Positions 17,101 to 20,000 of a DNA stretch of 20,000 nt are shown in pieces (the first letter of the stretch is position 1; the number at the start of each line of letters is the position of its first letter). Made by a program: the position numbers and the translations under genes. Below the pieces are notes generated by a model, which saw nothing but the letters and a program-made list of their open reading frames with translations, did no database searches and was not told the origin of the DNA. The DNA comes from an uncultured Gemmatimonadota bacterium (GTDB lineage Bacteria > Blakebacterota > Blakebacteria > Blakebacterales > Blakebacteraceae), in NCBI GenBank assembly GCA_964576115.1, contig CAZNUA010000012.1, forward strand, positions 55,731-75,730. Direction: 5' to 3'.

Positions 17101-17803
17101 TCTGGCTGTAGAGGCGGTACGAAAGCGGACCTACGACCTGGTGCTGATGGATGTGCAGATGCCCGAAATGGACGGTCTGGAGGCCGTGCAGGAGATCCGC
17201 CGCGATCGGGCTCTGGCGAACCTGCCGGTCATTGCGCTGACCGCTCACGCCCTGGAAGGAGACCGGGAGAAGTTCCTCGAGGCGGGGATGAACGGGTATC
17301 TCTCCAAACCCTTCAAGCCTCACGAGCTCTTCTCGACCGTCGAGGAGTGGACGGCCGGCAGAGACGAGGAGTCTGCGGAAGGGGGAGAGAAGCAGACAGG
17401 GGAGCGGGGTGTGCCGGGACCTGGAACCGATGGCAGTCCGCCGGTCGATCTGGAAAGCCTGCGGGCCACAATGCGAGAGGCCGGGGTCGAGGAAGCGGTT
17501 GACAGCATGCTCGAACTTTTTCTTGATGATTCTCCGGGCCGGATGGCCGACCTGCGGCGAGCCGTGGAGGCTTCGGACGTTGAAGCAACGGCCAAAACCG
17601 CCCACGCCTACAAATCGGCGGCGGCCACGATCGGGGCCGCGACTCTGGCCGAACTGCTCAAGGAGATCGAACTCGAATCCAAAGAGGGAAACATAGCTCG
17701 CGCGGGCGAGCTTCTGGCGCAGACCTCGGCGGAGCACGAGGCCGTGATCGCCTACCTGCAACCCCGTCTGCCAGAAGGAGGCCAGGATGACCGGGGAGCG
17801 TAA
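14166..17803 (+). CDS. Membrane-bound hybrid sensor histidine kinase (multi-TM, 2 PAS, HisKA, HATPase, 2 REC, HPt); 1160 aa once the gap is collapsed
   Basis: RBS GGGGAG before ATG 14166. H-box FLANMSHEIRTPMNGILG; N-box QVLNNLVGNALKFT; G1 DTGIGI; G2 GGTGLGLAIS. REC1 AVIDGHMPGRDG; REC2 VLMDVQMPEMDG; HPt AHAYKSAA. The frame is continuous (WAGAIVLVTG) after removing the gap and duplicate. Confidence 0.93.
14377..14586. other. Assembly artefact: 100-N gap (14432-14531) flanked by an exact 55-bp duplication (14377-14431 = 14532-14586)
   Basis: CTTTCATCATCTGGCCCTCGG...GGGCAGGGGC is identical on both sides of the gap. Confidence 0.92.
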
Positions 17804-19988
17804 TCCCTGCCAGTGGATGATAGATGCCGTTCAGAAGGCCGGTTTCAGCATCCCCGACGTCGTCTGTCTGAGTCTGCCCGAGGAGACCGGCGAGCTCTGG
17901 CAGAGCATGATCGAGAACTGCGGTGTCACCGAGTACGAACTGGCCGATATCGTCGCCCGCCATGCCCGGCTCAAGGTTGCCGATCTGAACAACGCCGAGG
18001 ATCACGTCCTCAAGCTGTTGCCCGAAAAGCTGGCTCGCCAGAACCTCGTTCTGCCTCTGCGTGAAGATGACGAGAATCTCATCGTCGCCACCGGAGCGCC
18101 CTTCGATTTCAATGCCGCCAAGATTCTTTCCTTTGCCTCGGGGCGAACCCCGCTCTTCGAGGTCGCGCCTCCTTCCCGGCTCGCCGAGGCGATCGAATCG
18201 CGCTACTCCCCCGACCGGGTCGTGGAAGGCCTGCTGGGCAACGTGGAGGCGCAAGATGCAGACGATGTGACCGTCCTCGAGGAGCGCAGCGCCGAGGATC
18301 TGGAACTGGCCGCGGTCGAGGCCGGGCCGGTGGTGCAGCTGACCAGCGCGATCCTGCGTGACGCTCTATCGCAGGGAGCGAGCGATATCCATCTCGAACC
18401 CTCGCGGATCGGCGCCGTCATCAGATTCCGGGTCGACGGGGTCATGCGTCACTACATGCAGATGCCGGTACCCGCCCTGAACCGGGTCCTCTCCCGGCTC
18501 AAGATCCTCGCCAGGATGGATATCGCCGACCGGCTCCGGCCGCAGGACGGTCGGGCTTCGGTCCGGGTGCGGGGGCACAGCTACGATCTGCGGGTCTCGA
18601 CCGTCCCGACCCGGAGCACCGAGAAAATGGTCATTCGCGTGCTCGACAGCGCCGCCTCGATATCGCTCGACGCGATCGGTGTGCCGCGCCGCGAGCTGGA
18701 GCAGTTCCGGCGCATGCTCTCGCAGCGGGACTCGATCGTCATCATGACCGGACCCACCGGTTCGGGGAAAACGACGACTCTCTATGCCGCCCTGCAGGAA
18801 CTGGCCACCGAAGAGGTCAACATCATCACCGTGGAGGATCCGATCGAATACGAGCTGGACGGGATCACCCAGATCCAGGTCCAGCCGCAGCAGGGGGTGA
18901 CCTTCGCCTCGGCCCTGCGCGCGATCCTGCGCCAGGATCCCGATATCATCCTGCTCGGTGAGATCCGGGATACAGAAACAGCCGAGATCGCCGTACAGGC
19001 CAGTCTCACCGGGCACCTGGTCCTGGCCACGCTCCATACCAACGATTCGATCGGTGTCATCACCCGTCTCGAAGATCTCGATCTCGACCGGACCGCCATC
19101 GCCGAATCGCTGCAGGGAGCGCTGGCCCAGCGTCTGATGCGCCGGGTCTGCGACCGTTGTGCCGAACGGATCCTGGAGGAAGATCTGACCGAGGACGAAC
19201 GCCGGCTCGCCGATCGCTGCGGAGTGGTGCCGCTCGTCAGAGCGAAGGGATGCGAGCAATGCGGCCAGTCCGGCTACCGTGGCCGCTTCGCCATCTGGGA
19301 ACTGTGGAGTTCGAACGGAGAAATGGAGGAGCTGATCGCCGGCGGGGCGAATATTTCCGAACTGCGCCGTGCCATCGCGCGTTCGGGCATGCGAACTCTC
19401 TTCGACTCGGCCCTGGACAAAGTTCGGGAAGGAATCACGACCCTTGAAGAGGTCGAACGGGTTCTGGGGGCGGCCGGTGAAGCGGCGCCTGCCGTCGCGG
19501 AAGTGCCGACGGCTGGAAACGCTGTTTCTCCAGAACCCCCGGTCGGGATCACGACTCTATCCGAACCTACTGCCGAAGAGGAGGAAGCCGAACTCAAAGC
19601 CGATGCCGACGGAGCGCTCGTTCTCATCGTCGATGACGATCCGGTGAATCGGAAACTGGCTCGGACCCTGCTTGAAAAGAACGGTTTCGATGTGGCCGAA
19701 GCCGAGGACGGCGGCGCTGCGGTCGAACTGCTCGATCTCAATCCGGGCTTCAGCCTGCTCGTGCTCGACCTGGATATGCCGGTTATGGGCGGGGAGGACG
19801 TGCTGACCCACGTCCGGGGCTCGGTCGGGACAGCAGGCCTGCCGGTGGTGATCCTGACCGGTAGCGAGGAGCAGGACACCGAGGTGCGCCTGATGGCGGC
19901 CGGGGCCGACGACTACATCCGCAAACCGCTCAACCCCGGCAAGTTCATGGCCCGGGTCAACGCCGTGCTGCGCCGCGCCGGCATGTGA
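17787..19988 (+). CDS. GspE/PilB-family assembly ATPase fused to a C-terminal response-regulator receiver domain
   Basis: RBS AAGGAGG at 17775-17781; 17-bp overlap with the kinase. ASDIHLEP, RFRVDG, RLRPQDGR, Walker A GPTGSGKTTT, Asp box TVEDPIE, LRQDPDIILLGEIRD, His box TGHLVLATLHTND, zinc motif CDRC...CEQC. REC at ~19614-19985: IVDDD, LVLDLDMP, ILTG, YIRKP. Confidence 0.93.
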   Translation: MTGERNPCQWMIDAVQKAGFSIPDVVCLSLPEETGELWQSMIENCGVTEYELADIVARHARLKVADLNNAEDHVLKLLPEKLARQNLVLPLREDDENLIVATGAPFDFNAAKILSFASGRTPLFEVAPPSRLAEAIESRYSPDRVVEGLLGNVEAQDADDVTVLEERSAEDLELAAVEAGPVVQLTSAILRDALSQGASDIHLEPSRIGAVIRFRVDGVMRHYMQMPVPALNRVLSRLKILARMDIADRLRPQDGRASVRVRGHSYDLRVSTVPTRSTEKMVIRVLDSAASISLDAIGVPRRELEQFRRMLSQRDSIVIMTGPTGSGKTTTLYAALQELATEEVNIITVEDPIEYELDGITQIQVQPQQGVTFASALRAILRQDPDIILLGEIRDTETAEIAVQASLTGHLVLATLHTNDSIGVITRLEDLDLDRTAIAESLQGALAQRLMRRVCDRCAERILEEDLTEDERRLADRCGVVPLVRAKGCEQCGQSGYRGRFAIWELWSSNGEMEELIAGGANISELRRAIARSGMRTLFDSALDKVREGITTLEEVERVLGAAGEAAPAVAEVPTAGNAVSPEPPVGITTLSEPTAEEEEAELKADADGALVLIVDDDPVNRKLARTLLEKNGFDVAEAEDGGAAVELLDLNPGFSLLVLDLDMPVMGGEDVLTHVRGSVGTAGLPVVILTGSEEQDTEVRLMAAGADDYIRKPLNPGKFMARVNAVLRRAGM

Positions 19989-20000
19989 GACAGCGGCGCT

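Noticed and set aside
14183-17761. 1192-aa minus-strand ORF
   Set aside because: Antisense shadow of the hybrid kinase. High-GC3 genes leave the mirror frame free of stops, and the ORF has no recognisable motifs.
1-20000. tRNA, rRNA, CRISPR arrays, transposases, integrases, defence genes
   Set aside because: None could be recognised by eye; a covariance-model or HMM scan was not possible.

Overview
GC-rich bacterial scaffold (about 65% GC by eye), probably metagenome-assembled, with three 100-N gaps. The acidobacterial-type PadR plus duplicated orphan permease, the VPS10/BNR protein and the PilB-receiver fusion suggest a Gemmatimonadota/Acidobacteriota-like or related lineage; this is inference only. 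Gene order: a partial Trp-rich hypothetical protein; a VPS10/BNR beta-propeller protein; an AT-rich, structured leader; AblA/KamA-type lysine 2,3-aminomutase; a divergent PurD-like ATP-grasp ligase cut by a real gap; an EctA-like GNAT acetyltransferase; a 29-aa membrane peptide candidate; PadR and an ADOP/MacB-like permease; a DUF2891 lipoprotein. On the minus strand follow a circularly permuted iPGM-like enzyme, a type IV pilin and a B-box/TM protein. Divergent from these are a membrane PAS-PAS hybrid kinase (REC-REC-HPt) and an overlapping GspE/PilB ATPase carrying a C-terminal receiver domain. Two gaps (8053-8152, 14432-14531) are flanked by exact 55-bp duplications and falsely split single genes. 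Best candidates for new biology: (1) an aminomutase + PurD-paralog + EctA-like cluster that may make a beta-lysine-derived osmolyte or conjugate without AblB; (2) a circularly permuted iPGM with an altered substrate loop; (3) a phosphorelay that may end directly on a pilus/secretion motor ATPase.
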